A DNA stretch of 64,000 bases from Candidatus Microsaccharimonas sp. Its GTDB lineage: Bacteria > Patescibacteriota > Saccharimonadia > Saccharimonadales > Saccharimonadaceae. Positions 1-9,002 of this stretch are shown here, in pieces. The notes under the pieces are model-generated. The model ran no database searches, was not told the origin of the DNA, and was given only the letters and a program-made list of their open reading frames with translations. The position numbers were made by a program, and so were the translations under genes. Numbering within the stretch: position 1 is the stretch's first letter; each line of letters starts with the position of its first letter. The stretch covers positions 9,507-73,506 of the forward strand of contig DATCQO010000014.1 of the NCBI GenBank assembly GCA_036569465.1, in the 5' to 3' direction.

Positions 1-292
1 CGAAGTCAAAACTTTGGCTATTGAAGCCTTCAAACGGAGCGCCACCACCATAATTTCCACCGCCACCACTAGAACCACCAACACCAGCGTGACCGAACTG
101 ATCATAGCGTTGTCGTTTCTGAGCGTCCTTCAAAACATCGTATGCTTCATTTACTTCTTTAAACTTTGCCTCATCACCGCCCTCTTTATCTGGGTGATAC
201 TGAACTGCAGCCTTTCGGTAGGCCTTCTTTAGCTCGTCGGCACTGGCACCCTTGGCCACACCTAATACTTCATAGTAATCGCGTTTGCTCAT
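1..292 (-). CDS. dnaJ: Chaperone DnaJ, N-terminal part only (J domain + Gly-rich linker); gene continues past the window start
   Basis: Absent from the ORF track because it is open at the window edge. Hand translation of the minus strand from ATG 292-290 gives [77 protein letters not shown]..., a J domain with the HPD tripeptide followed by a Gly-rich linker. Confidence 0.9.
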   Translation of the reverse strand, partial: MSKRDYYEVLGVAKGASADELKKAYRKAAVQYHPDKEGGDEAKFKEVNEAYDVLKDAQKRQRYDQFGHAGVGGSSGGGGNYGGGAPFEGFNSQSFDF

Positions 293-311
293 CTGTTACC
301 AGTATATAAAA

Positions 312-338
312 CTAGCACTCAATTGTCTAGAGTGCTAG
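312..338. promoter_or_regulatory. CIRCE operator (HrcA binding site) upstream of dnaJ
   Basis: CTAGCACTC-N9-GAGTGCTAG is a perfect 9-bp inverted repeat with a 9-nt spacer, matching the CIRCE consensus TTAGCACTC-N9-GAGTGCTAA. It lies 20-46 nt upstream of the dnaJ ATG, and hrcA is encoded in this window. Confidence 0.8.
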
Positions 339-340
339 CA

Positions 341-380
341 ATCAAAAAGAGCTTCGCTTTGAGACGAAGCTCTTTTTGAT
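341..380 (-). terminator. Intrinsic terminator after the 391..666 gene
   Basis: Perfect 16-bp inverted repeat ATCAAAAAGAGCTTCG / CGAAGCTCTTTTTGAT (341-356 / 365-380) with an 8-nt loop, 11 nt past the stop codon, and A/T runs on both flanks. Confidence 0.7.
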
Positions 381-390
381 TGCTACCGAT

Positions 391-666
391 TTAGGCAGCT
401 GTTTTTCGGCCGTTCGTAATAGCACGCCAGATAAACAGTACAATGACTGCTCCCAGTAATGCTACAAGGAAACTCCAGAAGTTGAATCCAGTGACCCCAA
501 CACCTCCGAAAAGATTCAAGACGAATCCTCCTACAAATGCGCCGATGATTCCGGCAATGATATTACCAAGTAAGCCTTGCCGACCATTTGTCCCGGCAAT
601 CATAGAGGCAACCCATCCGGCTAATCCTCCAAGTACTATCCATCCAATAATTCCAAGTCCGCTCAT
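391..666 (-). CDS. GlsB/YeaQ/YmgE-family small stress membrane protein
   Basis: ORF 391..696. I moved the start to ATG 666-664 (MSGLGIIGWIVLGGLAGWVAS...) because AAGGAG precedes it. The protein is Gly-rich with three predicted TM segments, and the IGWIVLGxLAGW pattern is typical of this family. Confidence 0.75.
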   Translation of the reverse strand: MSGLGIIGWIVLGGLAGWVASMIAGTNGRQGLLGNIIAGIIGAFVGGFVLNLFGGVGVTGFNFWSFLVALLGAVIVLFIWRAITNGRKTAA

Positions 667-731
667 GCTAACTTCTCCTTCTTTTATGGTTTGCACTTCT
701 TATTATACGCTTGTTTCGAACTGAGGACGAA

Positions 732-1187
732 CTAACGTGCATGTTTACGACTGATCGCAATGGCTCGATGTGCTTGCCACCTAGAGAGATTGTGGGCTGC
801 ACGAATACCGTCAGTCGATGCACGCAGGGCTAACTTTGCTTTTTCAATTGGAGGGAAGATACTAATATAATCTTCGTCGTCTTCGAATAATTCGATAACG
901 CGCTCAACATCCGTCTTTTCGCTGTTGTCAGGTTCGGGTAACATGACTGGTGCAAAAATTGCTGAATAACCAATAGCATGCAGTGAAATATCTAGGCGTG
1001 ATGCAGAGCCAACACCTTCATGAGACTGACGTTTTTGATCCTGTAGAAAGTCTAATCGATTCACGCATGTACTTATTGCATGGGCTGCTAATTCAATACG
1101 ACCTTTTATCGTCTCGCCGTATGTTTCATCAAATATGGCGTCAATTTGTTCGCCTAGCGGGCGTTCGTCTTTTGCTTCTGCACTCAT
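732..1187 (-). CDS. Hypothetical acidic cytoplasmic protein
   Basis: 151-aa ORF co-oriented with its neighbours. No motif recognised. Confidence 0.5.
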   Translation of the reverse strand: MSAEAKDERPLGEQIDAIFDETYGETIKGRIELAAHAISTCVNRLDFLQDQKRQSHEGVGSASRLDISLHAIGYSAIFAPVMLPEPDNSEKTDVERVIELFEDDEDYISIFPPIEKAKLALRASTDGIRAAHNLSRWQAHRAIAISRKHAR

Positions 1188-1233
1188 AATTTGGCAATTA
1201 TAGTCCAGGTTTTAGAAAATTACCACTGTAAAT

Positions 1234-1863
1234 TTAATTAGTGAAGGTTTCGTCTCCGAACTTAATTGCAAAGAGTGCAACGGCACCGAAGTGTAATTTT
1301 TGCTGATACTGCGCATCTTCTAGCGCGTGATGAGTAAAATCACCCTCAGGCTTAATTGCCTCTGGCATCCGAGATTTCTTCGTATCATTCCAGTCCCAGT
1401 TTCCGCCCAGCGGCATTACGAGTGACTTCAAGTCATCCCCTGCTATACCAAATGGATTTTGAATCCCGTACTTTGTAAAATACAGATCAACAAACGGCCA
1501 ATCGTAGCCCGCATTGAGTCCCACAAAGACGGGGTCTTTTTCATGTTTTACAGCCATTTCTCGAACCCAGACATTGAAATTGTGCATCACAACTTCCGCT
1601 TCAAGCGCCTCAACCAGCAATCGTTCGCGCTCCAATCCGTGTTCCGCACAGAACGCTTGGTTTGCCACTAAAAATTCTTCATATGCAGGTTTCAATTCAC
1701 TGTAAAAAGTTTCACCATGCACAGTTGTTGCACCAATAGACAGGATTGATCCATGCCCTGCGATACCATCGGCTTCTATATCGACATCAATAAAAAGTTG
1801 CGGAGCATTTTGGAGGATTTCTCGTCCTTTTTGCCATAGCATTTCTTTTTCAAGAGCTTTCAT
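1234..1863 (-). CDS. DEDDh-type 3'-5' exonuclease (DnaQ/RNase T-like fold)
   Basis: Motifs FIDVDIEADG (Exo I, D-x-E), GLNAGYDWPFVD (Exo II) and HHALEDA (Exo III, H-x4-D). Confidence 0.65.
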   Translation of the reverse strand: MKALEKEMLWQKGREILQNAPQLFIDVDIEADGIAGHGSILSIGATTVHGETFYSELKPAYEEFLVANQAFCAEHGLERERLLVEALEAEVVMHNFNVWVREMAVKHEKDPVFVGLNAGYDWPFVDLYFTKYGIQNPFGIAGDDLKSLVMPLGGNWDWNDTKKSRMPEAIKPEGDFTHHALEDAQYQQKLHFGAVALFAIKFGDETFTN

Positions 1864-2030
1864 AACACTCTCCTTTCGGATTTAGGTTTCTAATTGTAGA
1901 GAGTGTGTGATGCGTTGATCACCTAACTGAATTATCATACCAAATAATACCCCATTTGGCAAGAGTTATCCCTGCTACAGCAATGCATTGATATATACAC
2001 AAGCACAATCAAGCTATATACTGACACGTA

Positions 2031-3137
2031 ATGAAACCTCTTATTCGAACGGTGGGCAAAGTATTCGGGCTAATGCATGCCGAGTATCGACAGCTCTATA
2101 ACCGTTACTTTGGAACGATTGAACGCTTCGAAGGATCTGCAAAGGAAATCTGTCATCAGATCATTGAGAGACTTTGGGAAGGTAACTTCTACCGGACCAG
2201 TCTTGGACATTTTAATTTCTTTTGGATGCGCGATTTCGGTACTGTTGCCGAATCTCTCGTAAAGTTAGGACATCAGGAAAAAGTACATCACACGCTACAC
2301 TGGGCACTACGAAAATATCGTCGCTCAGGTGCAGTTACGCTGTGCATTGACCATGCAGGCAACACGTTTAATGCACCTGCAAAACGAAGTATCGATGCAT
2401 TACCCTGGCTCCTTCATTCGCTAGTGGTCAGTGATTATGAGTTAAATAAAGCAGAGCGTAAATTTCTTGATACACAGCTGGTAAAGTACATCGTTTCATA
2501 TCTTGATCCACTGACTGGTGAACTGCAACAAGGTCGTTACGCAGAAATGCGTGATGCAGTACACTACGACCGAAGCGCCTACAGTATTGCCCTGATTGCA
2601 CGCATGGCCAGATGTGTTGAGCTGTTGGATCTGACTGGATTCCCTTTCCATCCCCAAATCTACCAAACAGAATTGATTCACAATTACTGGAACGGCAATT
2701 ATTTTAACGCCGACCGATCATCGGACGCGTACAGTTCAGACTCTGCACTCATGCCATTCTTTCTCGATGTCATTAACGATTCGCACATGGTAAAACGAAC
2801 GTGTGATTATATTACGCGCGCGAAGCTTAATAGCGTGTATCCACTACAGTACGGCGAACGAGACCGTGAGTTTAAACATCGCCTGGGAATGGGGGCAGTC
2901 CTGATGCCGAACTATACAGGTACAACTATTTGGACTTGGCACGCAACGTTCTACCTTCATATTTTGAAGCGATTTAAACGACCAGAATACAAAGAACAAT
3001 ATGCTAAATTTGCCGCCCTCATCGAACGACACGGCACATACCCTGAACTCGTAAACCCCGATGGTTCTTGGTACTATGTTCCAATCTACCGCGCAGACCC
3101 CGGCATGGTCTGGGCAGCGCTGTTCGAAGAACTATAA
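2031..3137 (+). CDS. (alpha/alpha)6-barrel glycoside-hydrolase-like protein (GDE_C / GH15-GH63-like)
   Basis: 368-aa ORF with an FFWMRDFG motif and an aromatic-rich helical pattern reminiscent of six-hairpin glycosidases. The family call rests on motif recognition only. Confidence 0.5.
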   Translation: MKPLIRTVGKVFGLMHAEYRQLYNRYFGTIERFEGSAKEICHQIIERLWEGNFYRTSLGHFNFFWMRDFGTVAESLVKLGHQEKVHHTLHWALRKYRRSGAVTLCIDHAGNTFNAPAKRSIDALPWLLHSLVVSDYELNKAERKFLDTQLVKYIVSYLDPLTGELQQGRYAEMRDAVHYDRSAYSIALIARMARCVELLDLTGFPFHPQIYQTELIHNYWNGNYFNADRSSDAYSSDSALMPFFLDVINDSHMVKRTCDYITRAKLNSVYPLQYGERDREFKHRLGMGAVLMPNYTGTTIWTWHATFYLHILKRFKRPEYKEQYAKFAALIERHGTYPELVNPDGSWYYVPIYRADPGMVWAALFEEL

Positions 3138-3147
3138 AAGTGGGAAT

Positions 3148-3177
3148 GGCCCCGTCGCAAAAAAATACGACGGGGCC
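3148..3177. terminator. Bidirectional terminator between convergent genes
   Basis: GGCCCCGTCG / CGACGGGGCC forms a perfect 10-bp GC-rich stem with an A-rich loop, followed by TTTTGGTTTT. It lies between the stops at 3137 (+) and 3195 (-). Confidence 0.75.
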
Positions 3178-3194
3178 TTTTGGTTTTATTGGTT

Positions 3195-3872
3195 TTAAGC
3201 GAGTTCCACGTTCTCCTGCGCCCAAGTCAGCACAGTACGTGTTAACTTTCGGGCTTCAATAGAACGGTTAGTTGGACGCTCACCACGCCACCACTGGCTC
3301 CAGAAAGGGTCGTTTGGATTCAGGCATTCGAGGTTGTCCTGATGATGCGGCGCACCATCGACAAACACCGTATTCCGCTCGACATAAACCAGCGTGTACC
3401 CAGAACGACCAAGGGCAGTGCGGCTTCCCACGTTACCCTGGACAACTGATGACATGATCCGATGAAGCCCCATCTGGTGAAAGCCGTACCAGGTGCGTGC
3501 TTTATGCGCCGCACTGGTAATACCCTTACCCCAATATTCCTTGCGGAATATCATGGAACCGCTTGTCGCCTGGTGAATCAAAGCTTCATTGATGTTGATG
3601 TCATGAAGTGCCGTCGTACCAATCAGCTTTTTCGATCCATCAGCTTCAATGACCCAGATTCCCCAGGTCATACTCGTCGTATCTTTTCGCACCTTTTCAA
3701 ACCACTCCTGCTCGTCCTCAATGGTGTGCGAAGCGTGGTGTGCAAGGTAGCGATTGACGCTCACCTGATTCATACCAGGATCGATGAACTCACCCATTAC
3801 TTCTTTAGCGAATGGTGCGAGTTCAATGTGCAACTCTCCGGCCTGGAATCGCATGATAGGACCAAATGACAT
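3195..3872 (-). CDS. GNAT-family N-acetyltransferase (RimJ/RimL-like)
   Basis: 225 aa. The core MIFRKEYWGKGITSAAHKARTWYGFHQMGLHRIMSSVVQGNVGSRTALGRSGY matches the GNAT acetyl-CoA loop (WGKGI) and the following helix pattern. Confidence 0.65.
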   Translation of the reverse strand: MSFGPIMRFQAGELHIELAPFAKEVMGEFIDPGMNQVSVNRYLAHHASHTIEDEQEWFEKVRKDTTSMTWGIWVIEADGSKKLIGTTALHDININEALIHQATSGSMIFRKEYWGKGITSAAHKARTWYGFHQMGLHRIMSSVVQGNVGSRTALGRSGYTLVYVERNTVFVDGAPHHQDNLECLNPNDPFWSQWWRGERPTNRSIEARKLTRTVLTWAQENVELA

Positions 3873-3941
3873 AGTCCTCTCCTTTCTTTAATGATCTCGT
3901 ATTTCGAGACCAGATCAGCCTCCAAGTGTTTCGTTTTTATT

Positions 3942-3966
3942 AAAAAGTCTCCTATCTTGGAGACTT
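3942..3966 (-). terminator. Possible terminator of the dnaK-HIT transcription unit
   Basis: AAGTCTCC / GGAGACTT 8-bp stem. On the minus strand it reads GGAGACTTTTT. It sits about 165 nt downstream of the HIT stop codon. Confidence 0.4.
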
Positions 3967-4130
3967 ATCTTGCGTCAATATATTGTTGTATCAATTAAGA
4001 GTTGAGATAAGTCATATCACGACGAATAAATCCGCCAAGCATCTTGCCCGCGAGGACCGTTTGAATATGATATGAATTAAATCTGTTCATAGTGCTAGCG
4101 TAACAGGTAAAAACTAATTTGACAATGTTT

Positions 4131-4559
4131 TTATTTATGTATTAGTACGTAAGGCTTGCGAAGGAACAAACTAAAAGATGGAATTTTATTTTCCAGTTTA
4201 ATAAGATGCGTATGTTGATGTTTGACTGAACGAGTAATACTTCCTGATCCACGAGCATACATACTGTAGCCCTTCGCTTCATATTCACCGATGATTTTCA
4301 TTAGCTCCAACTGTTCTTGATCGGTAAAATCATTCATCAGTTCAAGGTGTCGTTTTGGTAAGACCATCAAGTGATCTTCAACCTTACGGCCTTCAAACAA
4401 ATCATAAGAAACACGATTCGGAATCACCAACATCGTTTCAGTTTCTTGAGTCACACGCTCTTTCAGCGTATCGTCGTCACAAAAAGCACACTCACGGTGT
4501 CCACGATCACTTTTATTGAGCTTTACGTATTGTCGACGCGTCTTTGAGTAATGCAGCAT
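4131..4559 (-). CDS. HIT-family nucleotide hydrolase/transferase
   Basis: The ORF track gives 4131..5018, but its first ~150 codons overlap the dnaK 3' end and terminator. The start was reset to ATG 4559-4557 (MLHYSKTRRQYVKL...). It has the histidine-triad motif HQHTHLI and a C-x-F-C pair near the N-terminus. Confidence 0.75.
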   Translation of the reverse strand: MLHYSKTRRQYVKLNKSDRGHRECAFCDDDTLKERVTQETETMLVIPNRVSYDLFEGRKVEDHLMVLPKRHLELMNDFTDQEQLELMKIIGEYEAKGYSMYARGSGSITRSVKHQHTHLIKLENKIPSFSLFLRKPYVLIHK

Positions 4560-4573
4560 ATACCTAGTATAAA

Positions 4574-4602
4574 GAAAAAAGGCCGATTTCTCGGCCTTTT
4601 TT
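4574..4602 (-). terminator. Intrinsic terminator after dnaK
   Basis: AAAAAAGGCCGA-TTTC-TCGGCCTTTTTT, 16 nt downstream of the dnaK stop. Confidence 0.75.
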
Positions 4603-4617
4603 AGGAGGAAAGTTTTA

Positions 4618-6534
4618 TTACTTCTCTTTTTTCTCATCAACAACTTCGCCTTCAACCGGCTCGTCGTCTTTCTTTTCCGCGTCTTCTGAGGCAGGTGCTC
4701 CCTCTTTAGAGTCGTCTTTAGAATCATCTTTAACGGCGTCTTGGTAGATCTTTGCACCGATAGGCATGACAGTGTCATTGAGCGTCTTAGTCGCAGCTTC
4801 AAGTTCGTCCTTGTCAGTTGCATCTTTATGCTTTTTCGCTTCTTCGACTGCATCGGTGATAACTTTCTTGTCGTCGTCACTGATCTTGTCTTTGAATTCA
4901 TCAGGCATCTTTTCAGCTTGATAGATTGCACTTTCAAGACCGTTACGCGCGTCGATTGCTTCACGCTTTTTCTTGTCTTCGTCAGCGTGTAGCTCGGCGT
5001 CTTTTGCTGCCTTTTCAATATCTTCCTTTGAAAGGTTGCCGCTGTCAGAAATCGTAATATTCTGCTCTTTGCCCGTACCCTTATCTTTGGCAGTAACGTT
5101 CAAAAGGCCGTTCGCGTCGATATTAAAGGTTACTTCGATCTGCGGAACACCGCGTGGTGCTGAAGCAATTCCATCAAGGACAAATCGTCCAAGTGATTTA
5201 TTATCAACAGCCAGTTCGCGCTCACCTTGGGTAACATGGATCTCAACTTGCGGCTGACCATCAGATGCAGTCGAGAATGTCTCAGACTTGCTGGTTGGAA
5301 CAGTCGTGTTTCGTTCGATGACCTTTGTTGCGACACCGCCCATTGTCTCGATACCGAGAGAAAGTGGCGTCACATCGAGGAGGAGGACATCCTTCACATC
5401 ACCAGCAAGAACACCACCTTGAATCGCAGCACCGATGGCGACGACTTCGTCAGGGTTTACGCCCTTTAGAGGGTCTTTGCCAAAGATTGCTTTTACTTTT
5501 TCAACGACAGCAGGCATACGAGTCATACCACCAACAAGGACAATTTCATCGATGTCAGAAGTTTTAAGTCCTGCGTCTTTCAAAGCGTTTTCAACAGGTT
5601 TTGCAACACCATCGATAAGATCTTTCACGAGCTCTTCGAGCTTGCTTCGGGTCAACTTGTATTCAAAGTGCTTTGGACCATCAGCATCTGCGGTCAGGAA
5701 TGGCAGGTTAATGTCAGTCTCGCTGGTTGTTGAAAGTTCTTTCTTTGCTTTTTCTGCTTCGTCCTTGAGGCGTTGCATTGCAGCCTTGTCAGACTTGAGA
5801 TCGATACCTTGTTCGTTTTTAAAAACATCAAGGAAGTGGTTCACGATGCGGTTGTCAAAGTCTTCGCCACCAAGGTGCGTGTCACCGTTAGTAGATTTCA
5901 CTTCAAACACGCCATCACCAAGTTCCAGAACAGAAACGTCAAATGTACCACCACCAAGGTCAAAGACAACGATCTTTTCGTCCTTCTTAGACTCAAGACC
6001 ATAGGCAAGCGCAGCCGCAGTTGGCTCGTTAATAATCCGCTTTACTTCGAGGCCAGCGATTTTACCAGCATCTTTTGTAGCCTGTCGTTGTGAGTCATTG
6101 AAGTACGCAGGAACGGTAATAACCGCTTCAGTGACTTTTTCACCAAGAAAGGCTTCAGCATCAGCTTTGATCTTTGAAAGAATCATGGCAGATACTTCTT
6201 CTGGGCTATAATCTTTGTCGCCCATCTTTACGGCAACGCCATCACCCTTTTTAACAATTTCATATGGCATGATATCGAGGTCTTTTTGAACTTCAACATC
6301 ATTAAACTGACGGCCAATCAAACGCTTTACACCGTAGATAGTATTTTTAGCATTTGTGACGCGCTGGCGTTGTGCAACTTGTCCAACAAGTCGTTCGCCA
6401 CCTTTGTTAATAGCAACGACACTTGGTGTTGTCCGGTTACCTTCAGCATTTGCGATGACTTCCGGCTTACCCGCAACCATGTACGCAACAGCACTGTTAG
6501 TGGTACCAAGATCGATTCCAATGATTTTACCCAT
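4618..6534 (-). CDS. dnaK: Molecular chaperone DnaK (Hsp70)
   Basis: 638 aa. [17 protein letters not shown]..., [10 protein letters not shown] and [10 protein letters not shown] are canonical Hsp70 signatures. The C-terminal tail is acidic and Lys-rich. Confidence 0.98.
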   Translation of the reverse strand: MGKIIGIDLGTTNSAVAYMVAGKPEVIANAEGNRTTPSVVAINKGGERLVGQVAQRQRVTNAKNTIYGVKRLIGRQFNDVEVQKDLDIMPYEIVKKGDGVAVKMGDKDYSPEEVSAMILSKIKADAEAFLGEKVTEAVITVPAYFNDSQRQATKDAGKIAGLEVKRIINEPTAAALAYGLESKKDEKIVVFDLGGGTFDVSVLELGDGVFEVKSTNGDTHLGGEDFDNRIVNHFLDVFKNEQGIDLKSDKAAMQRLKDEAEKAKKELSTTSETDINLPFLTADADGPKHFEYKLTRSKLEELVKDLIDGVAKPVENALKDAGLKTSDIDEIVLVGGMTRMPAVVEKVKAIFGKDPLKGVNPDEVVAIGAAIQGGVLAGDVKDVLLLDVTPLSLGIETMGGVATKVIERNTTVPTSKSETFSTASDGQPQVEIHVTQGERELAVDNKSLGRFVLDGIASAPRGVPQIEVTFNIDANGLLNVTAKDKGTGKEQNITISDSGNLSKEDIEKAAKDAELHADEDKKKREAIDARNGLESAIYQAEKMPDEFKDKISDDDKKVITDAVEEAKKHKDATDKDELEAATKTLNDTVMPIGAKIYQDAVKDDSKDDSKEGAPASEDAEKKDDEPVEGEVVDEKKEK

Positions 6535-6586
6535 ATATTACTCTCCTATTTAATGAATGATTCGTAATGAATATCTACTTCTATTC

Positions 6587-6612
6587 TAGCACTCTAAAGC
6601 ATAGATTGCCAA
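6587..6612. promoter_or_regulatory. Degenerate second CIRCE-like element upstream of dnaK
   Basis: TAGCACTC-N9-GATTGCCAA. The left half is nearly consensus and the right half matches 7/9. Confidence 0.35.
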
Positions 6613-6631
6613 TATTTCTATTATAATAAAG

Positions 6632-6658
6632 TTGGCACTCTCATGTCAAGAGTGCCAA
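6632..6658. promoter_or_regulatory. CIRCE operator upstream of dnaK
   Basis: TTGGCACTC-N9-GAGTGCCAA is a perfect inverted repeat with CIRCE spacing, about 100 nt upstream of the dnaK ATG in the divergent intergenic region. Confidence 0.8.
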
Positions 6659-6728
6659 TAAACATTTTTATACCGCTTATGAAAACCCAGTATCTGGTAT
6701 AATAAGGGAAATTGAAAAAGGAGCCTTC

Positions 6729-7163
6729 ATGAATCCCGATACCCAACCAACGCCACAACCTGCTCAACCCGCACAGCCAACCCCAGAGACTCCATTTCAA
6801 CCAGTACAGCCCGTAACACCTATTCAACCTACGGCAATGGTCAGTCCTCTTACACAACCTTCTCCACAGTCAACAGTATTCGCTCAACCAGCACCAACTG
6901 CACAAACAGTGACCGGCATGGCTGCTCCGACTTCAGCAAATCTACAAAAACAAAAAAAGCTCGCACTTATCCTTGCGATTGCCAGTATTGTTATCTTTAT
7001 TGGTGGCCTGCTGGTTGGATACGTATTTGCAGCTGCAGCCTTCCTTGGCGCCTACGCTATTGTTATCGGCATTCGCACGAAAGCAACACCAACAATTATC
7101 CTTGGCGCAATCGGCCTCGTATTGAACCTCGGCCTCTACACTCTTTCTATATTTATTAAATAA
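6729..7163 (+). CDS. Membrane protein with Pro/Gln-rich N-terminal tail and two C-terminal TM helices
   Basis: 144 aa. PTPQPAQPAQPTPETPFQPVQPV low-complexity segment followed by hydrophobic segments. GGAG lies upstream of the ATG. Confidence 0.6.
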   Translation: MNPDTQPTPQPAQPAQPTPETPFQPVQPVTPIQPTAMVSPLTQPSPQSTVFAQPAPTAQTVTGMAAPTSANLQKQKKLALILAIASIVIFIGGLLVGYVFAAAAFLGAYAIVIGIRTKATPTIILGAIGLVLNLGLYTLSIFIK

Positions 7164-7166
7164 GGA

Positions 7167-7721
7167 TTAGAATTCGCCGTTTGCAATCTGAACTGCGATG
7201 ACGATAACCGCTATAACCACGACAATACCAATTGCAATAGCGAATGATGCGCCCCAGCCAAGTAGCCGGACTTTGATGCCATTTTGCTTTAATTTATTAA
7301 TCCAAAGCTTTGCGCCTGAGTCATTCAGTTCTTTCAGTGCAATACCAACTCCAACCGCACCTATACCAGCCGTTGCCATGCGGGCGAATAGCGTACGATA
7401 CGCCTTGTCACCAATGTGAAACGTTAGCATATTGATTGAGCCTGTTACTTTTTTGATATCAGTCAAGGCGGCATCAAACATGACCCCTGTCGCCTGATTG
7501 GTGTCAAAGTTCATTTCATACAATCGAATACGATTATCGGCACCCCATTCAAGCAGCACTGTTTTTGATCCAAAAACTGTCACGTTTGGCATATAATCAA
7601 CGACCGCTTGTAGCTGTGCGGCAGGCGCAGCTAAAGCAGTAGGTGACGGTGTTTCATTTGGTTGAAAAAAAGATGGTTCTGATGTTGGGGTCGGGGTTTG
7701 ATTCAAAGAGTTTGGTTCCAT
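7167..7721 (-). CDS. Hypothetical C-terminally membrane-anchored protein
   Basis: 184 aa. Pro/Thr-rich N-terminus, a globular middle and a C-terminal TM segment (WGASFAIAIGIVVVIAVIVIAV). Confidence 0.55.
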   Translation of the reverse strand: MEPNSLNQTPTPTSEPSFFQPNETPSPTALAAPAAQLQAVVDYMPNVTVFGSKTVLLEWGADNRIRLYEMNFDTNQATGVMFDAALTDIKKVTGSINMLTFHIGDKAYRTLFARMATAGIGAVGVGIALKELNDSGAKLWINKLKQNGIKVRLLGWGASFAIAIGIVVVIAVIVIAVQIANGEF

Positions 7722-7903
7722 ATATCTATCATAACAAAAAACATCCTTGATTTATGGGCAAGTTGGGACTATTATTACCCTATCTTAAAGGAACAACGCG
7801 TCGCCAACCGGGCTCCAAACACCCAAATGAGAGATACAAACCCCGCAAGAAGAAAATCCGACGAGTGATCGACGGGTTTTAACATTTCAGGAAAGGTTCC
7901 AAC

Positions 7904-8362
7904 ATGTCACTCGCTGTCGCAGAGGCTCCGGCCCTTACACGACCCCCGATTGCAACACCCGAGGAAGTCTCGGCCTTCAGAACGCTTCACGTACCGGAAG
8001 CGGAGGCAGCAATCAACCTGATGCTGCGCAAAATCCGCCCCGGCGTGAAGTTTCGCCAAGTCATCACCCCCCTTCGGACCGCGGTTCACGATACGTGCTC
8101 CTCGCCTGTCCGGGAAGATTTCTCAAGGATTGGGTGCGCGAATAGTGTGCTCATGAGAGGTCTCTTCCGCGAGATGCTTCGCGAGAAGCTTCGAGAGAAA
8201 GGCCTGATGGAGATCGACATGCAGTTCGACTTCGAAACAAGTGAGCTATGGGTACCCAATGAGGATAACTCGAAGGAACACCACAAAGAGTCCATCATCC
8301 AGATGGTCGTCTACTTCTACATCTCACAGAAGAAGTCGCGTACTCCCGGGAAGAAGCGTTGA
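7904..8362 (+). CDS. Orphan hypothetical protein on a GC-rich islet
   Basis: 152-aa ORF with AGGAAAGG upstream of the ATG. By hand count, 7921-8020 contains 61 G+C per 100 nt versus 45 per 100 in the neighbouring gene (7401-7500). No motif recognised. Confidence 0.55.
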   Translation: MSLAVAEAPALTRPPIATPEEVSAFRTLHVPEAEAAINLMLRKIRPGVKFRQVITPLRTAVHDTCSSPVREDFSRIGCANSVLMRGLFREMLREKLREKGLMEIDMQFDFETSELWVPNEDNSKEHHKESIIQMVVYFYISQKKSRTPGKKR

Positions 8363-8380
8363 ATAAACGCAACTTCCGGG

Positions 8381-8442
8381 CGGACAGGAACCTTTCCTGT
8401 CCGCACCAATCTTCATTTATTAAAATGGATTTTGGTGCGGAC
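8381..8442. repeat. Nested GC-rich inverted repeats downstream of the orphan ORF
   Basis: CGGACAGGA/TCCTGTCCG is a 9-bp stem (8381-8389 / 8395-8403). It overlaps an 11-bp inverted repeat GTCCGCACCAA (8399-8409) / TTGGTGCGGAC (8432-8442). Confidence 0.7.
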
Positions 8443-8446
8443 AATA

Positions 8447-8476
8447 TAAAAAACTCCCAGACCGGGAGTTTTTTTG
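8447..8476. terminator. Bidirectional terminator (grpE / orphan ORF)
   Basis: AAAAAACTCCC-AGACC-GGGAGTTTTTTT, 16 nt downstream of the grpE stop (8492). Confidence 0.7.
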
Positions 8477-8491
8477 TTTGAGAGAAAACTG

Positions 8492-9001
8492 TTATTGTTT
8501 TGTCACTTTGACCATTGCATGACGAATCACGTGACCATTGAGCGAATAGCCGGCTTGCATTTCTTCGGCGACAACATCTTGCTCACCGACTGCGTCTTCA
8601 TCAAATTGAATGGCTTCGTGATATTCAGGATCGAAGGCCGTACCCGGTTTTGCATCAATACGCGCAAGATTCAAACTCTCAAGTGACTTCTCTAGGTGCT
8701 TCACTAACCCAGCAACGCTCTGTACCCAAGTGTTGTCTTTCAACTCTGCGGGCGTATAAGCAATTGCTCGTTCGATATTATCGATCACTGGAAGAAGTTT
8801 TAAAATCGCACTAGCCTGACCTGATTCACGAGCAGCAACTTTTTCTGCATCGACTCGTTTACGGTAGTTTTCAAAGTCTGCACGAGTTCGTTGAACGTCA
8901 AGCGTTAACTCAACAATCTCTTGGTCGCGAGTATCTTCGGTGATCACCTCTTCAGGAGCTGCTTCGGGTACATCTTTCTTCGGTTTCTTTGCATCTGCCA
9001 T
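8492..9001 (-). CDS. grpE: Nucleotide exchange factor GrpE
   Basis: 169 aa. RTRADFENYRKR and the C-terminal FDPEYHEA motif are typical of GrpE. The gene starts 1 nt after the hrcA stop. Confidence 0.9.
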   Translation of the reverse strand: MADAKKPKKDVPEAAPEEVITEDTRDQEIVELTLDVQRTRADFENYRKRVDAEKVAARESGQASAILKLLPVIDNIERAIAYTPAELKDNTWVQSVAGLVKHLEKSLESLNLARIDAKPGTAFDPEYHEAIQFDEDAVGEQDVVAEEMQAGYSLNGHVIRHAMVKVTKQ

Positions 9002-9002
9002 T

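Noticed and set aside
3998-4093. 31-codon minus-strand ORF (MNRFNSYHIQTVLAGKMLGGFIRRDMTYLNS) between the HIT gene and its putative terminator
   Set aside because: Too short, no SD sequence and no recognisable motif. It could equally be a 3' UTR.
4560-5018. 5' extension of track ORF 4131..5018 (a Lys/Arg-rich 150-aa N-terminus)
   Set aside because: It overlaps the dnaK 3' end and the dnaK terminator in another frame and has low-complexity composition. The HIT domain starts at the internal Met (4559).
5435-6004. Plus-strand ORFs inside dnaK (for example 4973..5257, 5435..6004, 5773..6093)
   Set aside because: These are antisense shadow ORFs of a highly conserved gene. They are Ser/Pro/Arg-rich with no start context.
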